From Desulfobacteraceae bacterium (lineage in GTDB: Bacteria > Desulfobacterota > Desulfobacteria > Desulfobacterales > JAABSP01), in contig JAABSP010000022.1 of assembly GCA_011390345.1 (NCBI GenBank), positions 6,206 through 70,205 on the forward strand: a stretch of DNA of 64,000 nt, given 5' to 3'. The notes under the pieces were generated by a model. The model searched no databases and had not been told where the DNA came from. It saw nothing but the letters and a program-made list of their open reading frames with translations. Made by a program: the position numbers and the translations under genes. Position 1 is the stretch's first letter. The number at the start of each line of letters is the position of its first letter. Below, piece after piece: positions 27,161 through 35,608 of this stretch.

Positions 27161-27230
27161 GCCTTCGCTTTCAAAATGGCATGGGGCCATGATGGAGGCA
27201 TGACCATATCGGAGATTCAAGGAGAGAGGA

Positions 27231-27512
27231 ATGCGATCCAATACGGTTTACCACCTGAAGACCGGGGTGCAGGTCCGGCCCGAGGTCTTCGGACTCCTCT
27301 TCTACAACTATCGGGGGCCCAGGCTCTATTTCGTGCCGTCCAAGGATCTGATCCCGTCGGAATTCTTCGGGGGAAAGGAGACCGTGGGGGATCTCGTGAC
27401 GGGCATCTGCAAACGGATGCCGTGGCCCGGGGATGTTGTGGGAAAAAAGATCCAGGAGATTCTGGACATGCTGGAAGGAAGGGAGCTGATCTATGGGGAA
27501 TCAGTATGTTGA
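27231..27512 (+). CDS. mftB: Mycofactocin biosynthesis chaperone MftB (PqqD-like RRE)
   Basis: …VQVRPEVFGLLFYNYRGPRLYFV… parallels the mycobacterial MftB segment VRPEPFGALLYHFGTRKLSFL. The size is 93 aa. Confidence 0.8.
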   Translation: MRSNTVYHLKTGVQVRPEVFGLLFYNYRGPRLYFVPSKDLIPSEFFGGKETVGDLVTGICKRMPWPGDVVGKKIQEILDMLEGRELIYGESVC

Positions 27513-28575
27513 TATGGGGCTTTCGGCCCCGGTAAACGTCACCTGGGAGGTCACCTTCGGCTGCAATCTCTCCTGTGTCCACTGCCTCTCCGATTCGGGA
27601 AGGCGGCGCGAAGGAGAGCTGACCACAGAGCAGTGCCGGGCGGTGATCGACGATCTTTCCCGAAACCATGTCTTTCAGCTCAACATCGGCGGGGGCGAGC
27701 CCTTCTCCCGCCCCGATTTTCTCGATCTGATGGATTACGCGCACGACCGGGGGATCGTCACCTGCATCAGCACCAACGGAACTTTGATCGACGAGAAGAT
27801 CGCCCGGGGTCTCGATCACCGGCTCGTTTACATCCAGGTGAGTCTGGACGGGGCAACCCCGGAATCCAACGATGCGATCCGGGGGAAGGGGAGTTTTGCC
27901 AGCGTGATGCGGGCATTGGAGCATCTTAAGGGGAGGGGGATCGAGGTGAGCATCAACTGTGTGCTGACCCGGCTCAGCTTTCCGGAGCTGGATAAACTCC
28001 ACGATCTGGCCGCGCATTACGGGGCAAAGCTGCGGGTTTCAAGGTTCCGGCCTTCGGGAAGGGGCAAGGATTCCTGGTCCGATCTCAACCTCTCCAGGGA
28101 TCAGATGGTATCCTTTTCCGAATGGCTCAACAGCCATCTTGGGGTTTCCACGGGAGATTCCTTCTTTTCCGTCTCAAGTGAGGAGCGAAGGTCATTGGGG
28201 CTCAACATGTGCGGCGCGTGCAAGCTCACCTGCTGCGTATCCCCCCAGGGGGAGGTCTACCCTTGCGCATTTTTGCAGGATGCCGATTTTCTTTCGGGAA
28301 GGGTTCCGGAGGACGACTTTGCCCGGATCTGGCGGGAGTCGCGCGTATTCCACTCCTTTCGGGAACTGGAGATCAAATCCTGCGAGAGCTGCCACCGGTT
28401 CGATCTCTGTCACGGAGGGTGTCCCGCGATCGCCTACCATACCCAGCGAAAGCTCGGTGTTCCGGACCCGGGATGTCTGGTAAACTGCGTAACGGTTAAA
28501 TCGATGAACACATTGGGAAATGAGTTGAAGAAAAAAGCAGGCGACGATATTCGTCCTGCGGCCGGATACGCATAG
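27493..28575 (+). CDS. mftC: Mycofactocin radical SAM maturase MftC (rSAM plus SPASM)
   Basis: GLSAPVNVTWEVTFGCNLSCVHCLSDSGRRREGELTTEQC…NIGGGEPFSRPDF is very close to the MftC N-terminal region. The SPASM cysteines are CGACKLTCCVSPQGEVYPC…C..C…CHGGC. An alternative start is the ATG at 27514. Confidence 0.9.
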   Translation: MGNQYVDMGLSAPVNVTWEVTFGCNLSCVHCLSDSGRRREGELTTEQCRAVIDDLSRNHVFQLNIGGGEPFSRPDFLDLMDYAHDRGIVTCISTNGTLIDEKIARGLDHRLVYIQVSLDGATPESNDAIRGKGSFASVMRALEHLKGRGIEVSINCVLTRLSFPELDKLHDLAAHYGAKLRVSRFRPSGRGKDSWSDLNLSRDQMVSFSEWLNSHLGVSTGDSFFSVSSEERRSLGLNMCGACKLTCCVSPQGEVYPCAFLQDADFLSGRVPEDDFARIWRESRVFHSFRELEIKSCESCHRFDLCHGGCPAIAYHTQRKLGVPDPGCLVNCVTVKSMNTLGNELKKKAGDDIRPAAGYA

Positions 28576-28577
28576 AG

Positions 28578-30101
28578 ATGCGTGCAGGAATTCTCAGCGG
28601 AGAGCTGACCCTCTCCCCCGGGGTCTCCCTTTTCCAGGGGCCCGACGCGGGGGTGCTGCTCCAGTCCGATCCGATGCGGGCTATCAAGGTCAACGCTGCG
28701 GCCGCGGGGATTCTTGCCCGCTGTCGAAAGGGATGGCGTATCGACGAAAACGCGGACGATCCGCTGCTGAACGCGGCGCTGCCCATGCTCGACCTTTTCA
28801 TTCAGGCCGGCATTCTTCAATGGAGCCCGCCCTCCGAGGGATTCACCCCCTTTGTCAGCATCGTGGTTCCGGTCTTCAACAGGGCTTCGGAGATCGAGGC
28901 CTGCATCCGCTCCCTGCTCGATCTCGATTATCCGGAGGATCTGCGGGAGATCATCGTGGTGGACGATGCTTCGGTCGATTCGACCCCGGATATGGTTTCG
29001 AAGTATCCGGTGCAATTGTTGAGAATGGCGGAAAACCGGGGCCAGTCGGCCGCGCGGAACCGGGGGGTGGAAGCGGCAAGAGGGGAGATCATCGCGTTCA
29101 CCGACAGCGACTGCATCGCAGATCCGAACTGGCTCAAAGATATTCTGCCCTTTTTTCGGGATGAACGGATCGCACTTGCCGGTGGCCTGGTGGATGCCTA
29201 TTACAAAAAGAGCTTTCTGGACCGGTACGAGGCGGCCCAATCCCCCCTCAACATGGGGGAAAAGCCGCTGATCGGTGCCGGAGACCGCTCCGTCTTCTAT
29301 GTCCCGACCTGCAACATCCTTTTCAGAAAGTCGGCCTATGGGGAGATCGGGGGCCTGAACGAGTCGATCCGGGTTGGGGAGGATGTGGATCTCTCCTGGC
29401 GCCTGCTGGCCCGGGGCCACCGGCTCCTCTATCTGCCCAGGGGCCGGGTACTTCACAAACACCGTTCCCGCTTCAAAGATGCCTTCTGCCGCCGCTTCGA
29501 CTACGGCACTTCCGAGCCGGCCCTCTATCTTGCGCATCAGCGGACCATCAAGCGGTTTCCGAGACAGCAGGGGGGTCTGCCATTCTTTGCTCTCTGCGGC
29601 ATGGGCTGTTTGACACTTCCCTGGCTCTTCTTTCCCGGGGCCGGACTGATTCTGCTGGGAGAGGCGCTTTACAAGCGGCGCCAGGCGTCAAAGATGCTGG
29701 ACGCGCCCCTCGCGTTTTACCCCATCTTCAAAGCAGTCCTCCGAAGCCGGTTTACCCTGACCCATTATCTCGCGCTTCACCTGACCCGCTACTATCTGCT
29801 GCCCATGATCGCGCTGGGGCTGATATTTCCGAAAACGATTCCAATACTTTCAGGGCTTGCATTTTTCCCCGCACTTGTGCTCTATTATCGGAAACGGCCG
29901 GATCTCAACTTTCCCCTCTTTGCCCTTTTTTTTCTGACGGAACAGGCATTTTATCAGGCCGGTGTGATGCGGGGATGTTTCAAGACCAGGTGCTTCAGAC
30001 CCTATCGGATCACCTTTTCCGGCGCGGGTTTTCTGAAGAAGAGCCCGGAAAAATGGCGAAAGATATGGCCATTTCGAAAAAAGATGGGGGAGAGCGTTTG
30101 A
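28578..30101 (+). CDS. mftF: Mycofactocin-system glycosyltransferase MftF (GT2 with C-terminal membrane region)
   Basis: The GT2 core is VSIVVPVFNRASEIEACIRSLL…IIVVDDASVDST…ENRGQSAARNRG…FTDSDC…GEDVDLSWR. It has an N-terminal PqqD-like region and C-terminal TM helices, and it sits right after mftC. Confidence 0.8.
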   Translation: MRAGILSGELTLSPGVSLFQGPDAGVLLQSDPMRAIKVNAAAAGILARCRKGWRIDENADDPLLNAALPMLDLFIQAGILQWSPPSEGFTPFVSIVVPVFNRASEIEACIRSLLDLDYPEDLREIIVVDDASVDSTPDMVSKYPVQLLRMAENRGQSAARNRGVEAARGEIIAFTDSDCIADPNWLKDILPFFRDERIALAGGLVDAYYKKSFLDRYEAAQSPLNMGEKPLIGAGDRSVFYVPTCNILFRKSAYGEIGGLNESIRVGEDVDLSWRLLARGHRLLYLPRGRVLHKHRSRFKDAFCRRFDYGTSEPALYLAHQRTIKRFPRQQGGLPFFALCGMGCLTLPWLFFPGAGLILLGEALYKRRQASKMLDAPLAFYPIFKAVLRSRFTLTHYLALHLTRYYLLPMIALGLIFPKTIPILSGLAFFPALVLYYRKRPDLNFPLFALFFLTEQAFYQAGVMRGCFKTRCFRPYRITFSGAGFLKKSPEKWRKIWPFRKKMGESV

Positions 30102-30108
30102 ACGGAAG

Positions 30109-30206
30109 TTTGAATACAACTTTGAATACAACAGGGGAAATGGGCGCGGATCGCGGCATGGATCACAGCACGGATCGGAAAACGGATCGGAAAACGGATC
30201 ACAGCA
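30109..30206. repeat. Phased 12-bp repeats between mftF and larE (2 x tttgaatacaac, then five GGATC cores exactly 12 bp apart)
   Basis: The GGATC cores start at 30148, 30160, 30172, 30184 and 30196. The units are arranged A-B-B-A (ggatcacagca / cggatcggaaaa x2 / cggatcacagca) and end at the larE ATG. Confidence 0.9.
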
Positions 30207-31039
30207 TGAACCGCAAATACGAGGCGCTCAAAGAAATCCTGCGGCAGATGGATCGGGTCCTGCTTGCCTTTTCCGGCGGGGTGGACAGCGCGTTTCTGCT
30301 GCGGGTCGCATCTGAAGAATTGAACGGAAATCTTCTTGCAGTGACAGCCATTTCAGAGACCACCCCCGCACATGAGCAGGAGGAGGCCGTTCGAATTGCA
30401 GCACTCTGCAACGCTCAGCACCTGACGGTGGAGACCCATGAGCTGAATGACCCCGAGTTCACATCGAACCCGGAAGAGAAGTGCTACATCTGCAAAAAGT
30501 ACCGCTTCGGCCTGCTGGCGGATCTGGCGGTGGAGAAGGGGTATCCGGTCGTGATCGACGGCACCAACGCGGATGACAGCAAGGATTTCCGGCCCGGGAT
30601 GCGGGCTCTTCGGGAACTCTCGGTGCGAAGCCCCCTGGCCGAGGCCGGGCTGACCAAATCCGAGATCCGGGCACTTTCAAAACAGCTCGACCTGCCCACA
30701 TGGGACAAGCCGGCCTATGCCTGTCTGGCCACCCGCATCCCCTGCGGCAGTTCCATCACCGGGGAAAGGCTTTCCCGGATCGACAGAGCCGAAGACTTTT
30801 TAAGGGGGTTGGGCGTCAAAGGTCAGGTGCGGGTTCGGGATTACGGGGAGATGTGCCGCATCGAAAGCGCGTCCGACATGATCCAGACGATCGCGGCCCC
30901 CGAAATCCGGGAGCAGATCGTGAACCATTTTTCAAAAATCGGATATAAGTTCGTGACCATCGACCTTGCCGGATACCGGATGGGAAGCGTGGTGCGGCAG
31001 TCTGCGCCGGAACAGAATGGATCGAAACAAGGCCGATAA
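30206..31039 (+). CDS. larE: LarE, ATP-dependent sulfur transferase of nickel-pincer nucleotide (NPN) cofactor synthesis
   Basis: The PP-loop is LLAFSGGVDSAFLL. The Cys set (CYICKK, …YACLATRIPCGS) is of the type reported for Fe-S-binding LarE homologues. I chose the ATG at 30206 so the N-terminus matches LarE spacing before SGGxDS. Confidence 0.85.
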   Translation: MNRKYEALKEILRQMDRVLLAFSGGVDSAFLLRVASEELNGNLLAVTAISETTPAHEQEEAVRIAALCNAQHLTVETHELNDPEFTSNPEEKCYICKKYRFGLLADLAVEKGYPVVIDGTNADDSKDFRPGMRALRELSVRSPLAEAGLTKSEIRALSKQLDLPTWDKPAYACLATRIPCGSSITGERLSRIDRAEDFLRGLGVKGQVRVRDYGEMCRIESASDMIQTIAAPEIREQIVNHFSKIGYKFVTIDLAGYRMGSVVRQSAPEQNGSKQGR

Positions 31040-31115
31040 ACCGGGGCCGATAAACCGGAGCGGATAAATAAAGACCGATAAATAAATGCGGAAAAATGCG
31101 GTTAAATAAGGAGAA

Positions 31116-31919
31116 GTGATGGACAGCCAATATCTGAAGGGCCTGCTGGAGCAGGTGAAGAGCGGCCGTATGAATACGGACGCGGCCATGGAAGCCTTGA
31201 AGGATCTCCCCTTCGAGGATCTCGGATATGCCAAGGTGGACAACCACCGGTGCGTGCGAAACGGTGTGCCCGAGGTGATCTACTGCGAAGGAAAGACCGT
31301 CTCCCAGATCAAAGGGATCATCGCCCGGATCGCGCGGCACAATTCCAATATACTGGCCACCCGCGCGGACCCGGAGGTCTATGAGGGCATCCGGGAGGAG
31401 ATCGAAGACTGCGTTTACCATGAGATGGCCCGGATCGTTGTGGTGAAGCCGAAGGAAGTCGAGAGCATCGGCAATATCGCGGTGGTCTCTGCGGGAACCT
31501 CGGACATCCCGGTGGCCGAAGAGGCCGCAATCACAGCCCAGACTTTGGGCAATCACGTCAACCGGATCTATGATGTGGGCGTCGCGGGTATCCATCGGAT
31601 TCTCCATGCCAGAAAGGATCTTTTTCAGGCCAATGTGGCCGTGGTGGTAGCGGGGATGGAGGGGGCACTGGCCAGCGTCGTGGGCGGACTCGTCTCCTGC
31701 CCGGTCATCGGGGTTCCCACCAGCATCGGATACGGGGCCAGCTTCGGCGGGATCTCGGCCCTGCTGACCATGCTCAACTCCTGTGCATCCGGGGTCTCTG
31801 TGGTCAACATCGACAACGGCTTCGGCGCAGGATATCAGGCGAGCCTCATCAACCGGACCGCCCTGAAATCCCTGCCCAAATCGGACACCGAACCGGTCTC
31901 CCTTGCAAAGGTCTGCTGA
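31116..31919 (+). CDS. larB: LarB, NaAD carboxylase/hydrolase (PurE-like)
   Basis: …LPFEDLGYAKVDNHRCVRNGVPEVIYCEGKT… and …VVSAGTSDIPVAEEA…VAGMEGALASVVGG… are typical LarB segments. Confidence 0.9.
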   Translation: MMDSQYLKGLLEQVKSGRMNTDAAMEALKDLPFEDLGYAKVDNHRCVRNGVPEVIYCEGKTVSQIKGIIARIARHNSNILATRADPEVYEGIREEIEDCVYHEMARIVVVKPKEVESIGNIAVVSAGTSDIPVAEEAAITAQTLGNHVNRIYDVGVAGIHRILHARKDLFQANVAVVVAGMEGALASVVGGLVSCPVIGVPTSIGYGASFGGISALLTMLNSCASGVSVVNIDNGFGAGYQASLINRTALKSLPKSDTEPVSLAKVC

Positions 31920-31923
31920 AAAG

Positions 31924-33123
31924 ATGAAAATCGCCTATTTCGACTGTTTTGCCGGGGCCAGCGGCGACATGATTCTCGGCGCGCTGCTGGATGCGGGTCT
32001 GGAACTGGAAAGCCTGAAAAATGAGGTTGCAAAGATAGGCCTCGACCGGTATGATCTCGGAGTGGAACCCGTGGTGAAACGGGGGATCGGCGGGACCAAA
32101 GCCATCGTCTCCGTGGACGAGGATCATCATGGCCACCACCATCGCCACCTGCGCCATATCGAGGAGATCATCAACGGCAGCACCCTCGATGACCGGGTCA
32201 AGGAAAAAAGCCTTGCCATCTTCCGCCGCCTTGCCGAGGCCGAAGCCAATGTCCATCGCACCTCTGTCGAGAGTGTCCATTTTCATGAAGTGGGCGCGAT
32301 GGATGCTATCCTCGATGTGGTCGGATCTGTGATCGGCTTTCATCTGCTGGGGATCGAAAGGATCTACTGCTCGCCGTTCCATGTGGGATGCGGGACCATT
32401 CATTGTGCCCATGGTCTGCTTCCGGTTCCTGCCCCGGCAACCGCAGCGCTGACGGTCGGGTTTCCGGTCTATTCTAACGGCGTAAAGGGGGAACTGCTCA
32501 CGCCCACGGGCGCGGCCATATTGACGACTCTGGCCCAGGGTTTTGGGCCCATGCCGGCCATGACCGCGGAACAAATCGGCTACGGCGCAGGGACAGCAGA
32601 TCCCGAGGAGATTCCCAACCTGCTGCGGGTGACCATCGGGGAGAACGCTTCAAGTGATGGGCTGGACCAATATGAGGCCGAATCCATCTGCGTTCTGGAG
32701 ACCAATATCGACGACATGAACCCCCAGCTTTATGAAAATCTGATCGAGAAGGTACTGGCCGCGGGCGCGGTCGATGTCTCTCTTGCCCCGGTTCAGATGA
32801 AGAAGAACAGGCCCGGCACAATGGTGACGGTCCTCTGTTCCCACGACCGTCTTGCAACCCTTTCCGATCTGCTGCTGAGGGAGACGACATCCATCGGACT
32901 TCGCTGGCGGACCGATTCGAGGATCATGGCCCGGCGGACCTTCCGGGAAATCGACACCCCCTACGGCCCCATAAAGGTGAAGGTGGCCCAAAAAGGGGAG
33001 GAGATCATCAATATAATGCCCGAATATGAAGACTGCAGACGACTGGCCGCGGAAAAGGGGGTTCCCCTGAAAACCGTGATCGAGGCCGCTGCTGTTGCTG
33101 CAAAGTCGGATTTGGAGCCATAA
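31924..33123 (+). CDS. larC: LarC, nickel insertase for the NPN cofactor
   Basis: MKIAYFDCFAGASGDMILGALLDAG… is typical LarC. It has the His-rich region DEDHHGHHHRHLRH, followed by …HFHEVGAMDAILDVVG… and …MKKNRPG…. Confidence 0.9.
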   Translation: MKIAYFDCFAGASGDMILGALLDAGLELESLKNEVAKIGLDRYDLGVEPVVKRGIGGTKAIVSVDEDHHGHHHRHLRHIEEIINGSTLDDRVKEKSLAIFRRLAEAEANVHRTSVESVHFHEVGAMDAILDVVGSVIGFHLLGIERIYCSPFHVGCGTIHCAHGLLPVPAPATAALTVGFPVYSNGVKGELLTPTGAAILTTLAQGFGPMPAMTAEQIGYGAGTADPEEIPNLLRVTIGENASSDGLDQYEAESICVLETNIDDMNPQLYENLIEKVLAAGAVDVSLAPVQMKKNRPGTMVTVLCSHDRLATLSDLLLRETTSIGLRWRTDSRIMARRTFREIDTPYGPIKVKVAQKGEEIINIMPEYEDCRRLAAEKGVPLKTVIEAAAVAAKSDLEP

Positions 33124-33160
33124 GCAAAGAGGTTTAACCCAGAAAAAAAAGGGAGGAAAA

Positions 33161-34897
33161 ATGGACAAGATTCTTCGCATCAACATGGGACCGGACGGCG
33201 CACCGAGCGTAAAGGAAGAGGGCTTGGGAGACTACGCCGGACTCGGCGGAAGGGGCATGACATCGTCCGTGATCGGCAAAGAGGTGCCGGCGGACAGTCA
33301 CCCCCTCGGCGCAGAGAACAAGCTGGTCATCTCCCCGGGGCTGCTCTCCGGAACGGCCGCGGCTATGTCGGGCCGGATCTCGGTCGGCTGCAAAAGCCCC
33401 CTCACCGGAACCATCAAGGAGTCCAACGCGGGGGGTCAGGCCGCGCAGGTCATGGCCCGCCTAGGATATGCGGCCATCATTCTGGAGGGAAAGCCGAAAG
33501 CCGACACGCTCTACAAACTGATCATCAACAAGGACGGGGTGAAGCTGGAAGAAGACAACAGCCTGAAACTCCTAAACAACTATGAACTGGTGGATAAGCT
33601 CAAGGAGGCCTACGGCGAGAAGATCACCTGCATGACCATCGGATCTGCCGGAGAGCGGAAGCTCGGTTCGGCCACCATCGCGGTCACCGATATGGAGGTT
33701 CGCCCCACCCGCCACTGCGGCCGGGGCGGCACAGGAGCTGTGATGGGCGCCAAGGGCCTCAAGGCGATCATCTTCGACGACTCCGGCATGAAGATGCGCG
33801 CCCCCAAGGACCCCGAGGCATTCAAGGCCGCGAACAAGCGTTTCGTCGAGGGTCTGCGGAAGCACCCGGTCACGGGCGAAGGGCTTCCGGCCTACGGAAC
33901 CAACGTGCTGACCAACGTCCTCTCCGAGGCCGGCGGCTACCCCACCAACAACTTCAGCAAGGGAACCTTCGAAGGCGCATCAAAGATTTCCGGCGAGGCC
34001 CAGGCCGAGCTGGAGACCCAGAGGGGCGGTTCGGCCACCCACGGGTGCCATCGGGGATGCATCATCCGCTGCTCCGGAACCTTCAATGACAAGAACGGCC
34101 GATTCCTGACCAAGCAGCCCGAGTACGAGACCGTATGGGCCCACGGCGGCAACTGCGGGATCGACGATCTCGACGCGATCGCCATGATGGACCGGCTCGA
34201 CGATGATTACGGTCTGGACACAATCGAGATGGGCGCGAGCGTGGCTGTTGCAATGGATGCCGGGATCGCAAAGTTCGGCGACGCGGAGGCCGCGATCAAC
34301 CTCGTCAAGGAGGTGGGCAAAGGCACGGAGCTGGGCCGGATTCTCGGCAGCGGCGCGGCCGTGACGGGCCGGGTCTTCGGCGTGGAGCGGATTCCGGTGG
34401 TCAAGGGGCAGGCCATGCCGGCCTACGACCCCAGAGCTGTGCAGGGCATCGGCGTCACCTACGCCACCTCCACGATGGGCGCAGACCATACGGCCGGCTA
34501 CGCGGTGGCCACCAACATCCTCAAGGTCGGCGGCGATGTGGACCCCCTGAAGCCCGAAGGACAGGTGGAGCTTTCCAGAAACCTGCAGGTCGCGACGGCC
34601 GCGGTCGATGCCACCGGGATGTGCCTCTTCATCGCGTTTGCTGTCCTGGATCAGCCCGACACCTTCCAGGCCCTGATCGATATGCTCAATGCCTTCTACG
34701 GCCTCGAGATGACCGCAGACGACGTGAGCGAGCTGGGGAAGAAGATTCTGAAAGAGGAGCGGGAGTTCAACAAAAGGGCCGGCTTCACCGCAGAGCATGA
34801 CCGGCTGCCGCGCTTCTTCATTACCGAGCCTGTTGCGCCGCACAACGTCACGTTCCAGGTCTCGGACAAGGAACTCGACAACCTCTTCAACTGGTAA
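33161..34897 (+). CDS. aor: Aldehyde:ferredoxin oxidoreductase (tungsten/pterin AOR family)
   Basis: MDKILRINMGPDG…GLGGRGMTSSVI…, …GRGGTGAVMGAKGLKAI…, …CHRGCIIRC… and …CLFIAF… are AOR-family features. GGGAGG lies 6-7 nt upstream of the ATG at 33161. Confidence 0.9.
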   Translation: MDKILRINMGPDGAPSVKEEGLGDYAGLGGRGMTSSVIGKEVPADSHPLGAENKLVISPGLLSGTAAAMSGRISVGCKSPLTGTIKESNAGGQAAQVMARLGYAAIILEGKPKADTLYKLIINKDGVKLEEDNSLKLLNNYELVDKLKEAYGEKITCMTIGSAGERKLGSATIAVTDMEVRPTRHCGRGGTGAVMGAKGLKAIIFDDSGMKMRAPKDPEAFKAANKRFVEGLRKHPVTGEGLPAYGTNVLTNVLSEAGGYPTNNFSKGTFEGASKISGEAQAELETQRGGSATHGCHRGCIIRCSGTFNDKNGRFLTKQPEYETVWAHGGNCGIDDLDAIAMMDRLDDDYGLDTIEMGASVAVAMDAGIAKFGDAEAAINLVKEVGKGTELGRILGSGAAVTGRVFGVERIPVVKGQAMPAYDPRAVQGIGVTYATSTMGADHTAGYAVATNILKVGGDVDPLKPEGQVELSRNLQVATAAVDATGMCLFIAFAVLDQPDTFQALIDMLNAFYGLEMTADDVSELGKKILKEEREFNKRAGFTAEHDRLPRFFITEPVAPHNVTFQVSDKELDNLFNW

Positions 34898-34997
34898 GAA
34901 GCAACCGAAAGGGGAGGGCAGGGGGGCGTCCAATGAATGCCCGCTCCCTCCCAAAATCCAGAAGATGATCCCTCAGAAGAAAAGGCGCTTGCTATAG

Positions 34998-35528
34998 ATG
35001 GAACCATTTGTGCTGACCCTTGAATCGACAGACTCCCCTTTTATCTTTTCCCTGCTCCAGGAAGGGGTGACGGTCCGGGTGCGGGCCGGCTGTTCGGTAA
35101 AGGATATTCTCTGCAACGATCTCCATATCGCGCCCGAATATGTGGAAGAGCGGATCAAGACGGTCTTTTTGAACAACAGGCCCGTGGACGATTATGAAAA
35201 TGCGCTGGTGCGGGAAGGGGACCGGCTGGCCCTTTCCGCGGCAATGCCGGGCCTGGTGGGGGCTACGCTCCGCCGGGGCGGAGTCCTATCGGCCTTTCGA
35301 AGCTCCATCACTCACCTTTCGGAGGAGCAGTGCGAATCCTTTGCCCAAGGGGAGGTGACCATCAAACTCTTCAACCTTCTGGTGCGGGAAATGGCAGCGC
35401 CGCTCCTGACGCATGGAATCATTGTGGAGGGGGAAAGACTTTGCAGGATGGCGAGCGATCTGAATATCGATACGGGAGAGCCTCTGGATGCCCTGGGGCC
35501 GGACCATCGGGTCCTGATTCGATTGTAG
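34998..35528 (+). CDS. Hypothetical protein with a possible N-terminal beta-grasp (ThiS/MoaD-like) domain
   Basis: …VTVRVRAGCSVKDILCNDLHIAPEYVEERIKTVFLNNRPVDDYENALVREGDRLALSAAMPG… resembles a ThiS/MoaD fold pattern, and a tail of about 80 aa follows. This assignment is weak. Confidence 0.35.
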   Translation: MEPFVLTLESTDSPFIFSLLQEGVTVRVRAGCSVKDILCNDLHIAPEYVEERIKTVFLNNRPVDDYENALVREGDRLALSAAMPGLVGATLRRGGVLSAFRSSITHLSEEQCESFAQGEVTIKLFNLLVREMAAPLLTHGIIVEGERLCRMASDLNIDTGEPLDALGPDHRVLIRL

Positions 35529-35608
35529 CGGAAGGGATAGCTTCTTCGGGCTTCAGGGCTGCCACCCTTTGGGGGAAATCACCTTTCTCCCGATCCCAGG
35601 GCCGGCAG

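Noticed and set aside
25624-27207. 527-aa minus-strand ORF covering the SDR and mftA region
   Set aside because: The + strand carries an SDR with Rossmann and YxxxK motifs and the mftA peptide with its RBS. The minus product has no recognisable features.
29975-30205. 77-codon N-terminal extension of LarE, including TDRKTDRK
   Set aside because: The extension overlaps the 3' end of mftF in another frame and then translates the 12-bp DNA repeats. The ATG at 30206 gives the normal LarE spacing before the SGGxDS PP-loop. An extension from the ATG at 30140 or 30158 cannot be strictly excluded.
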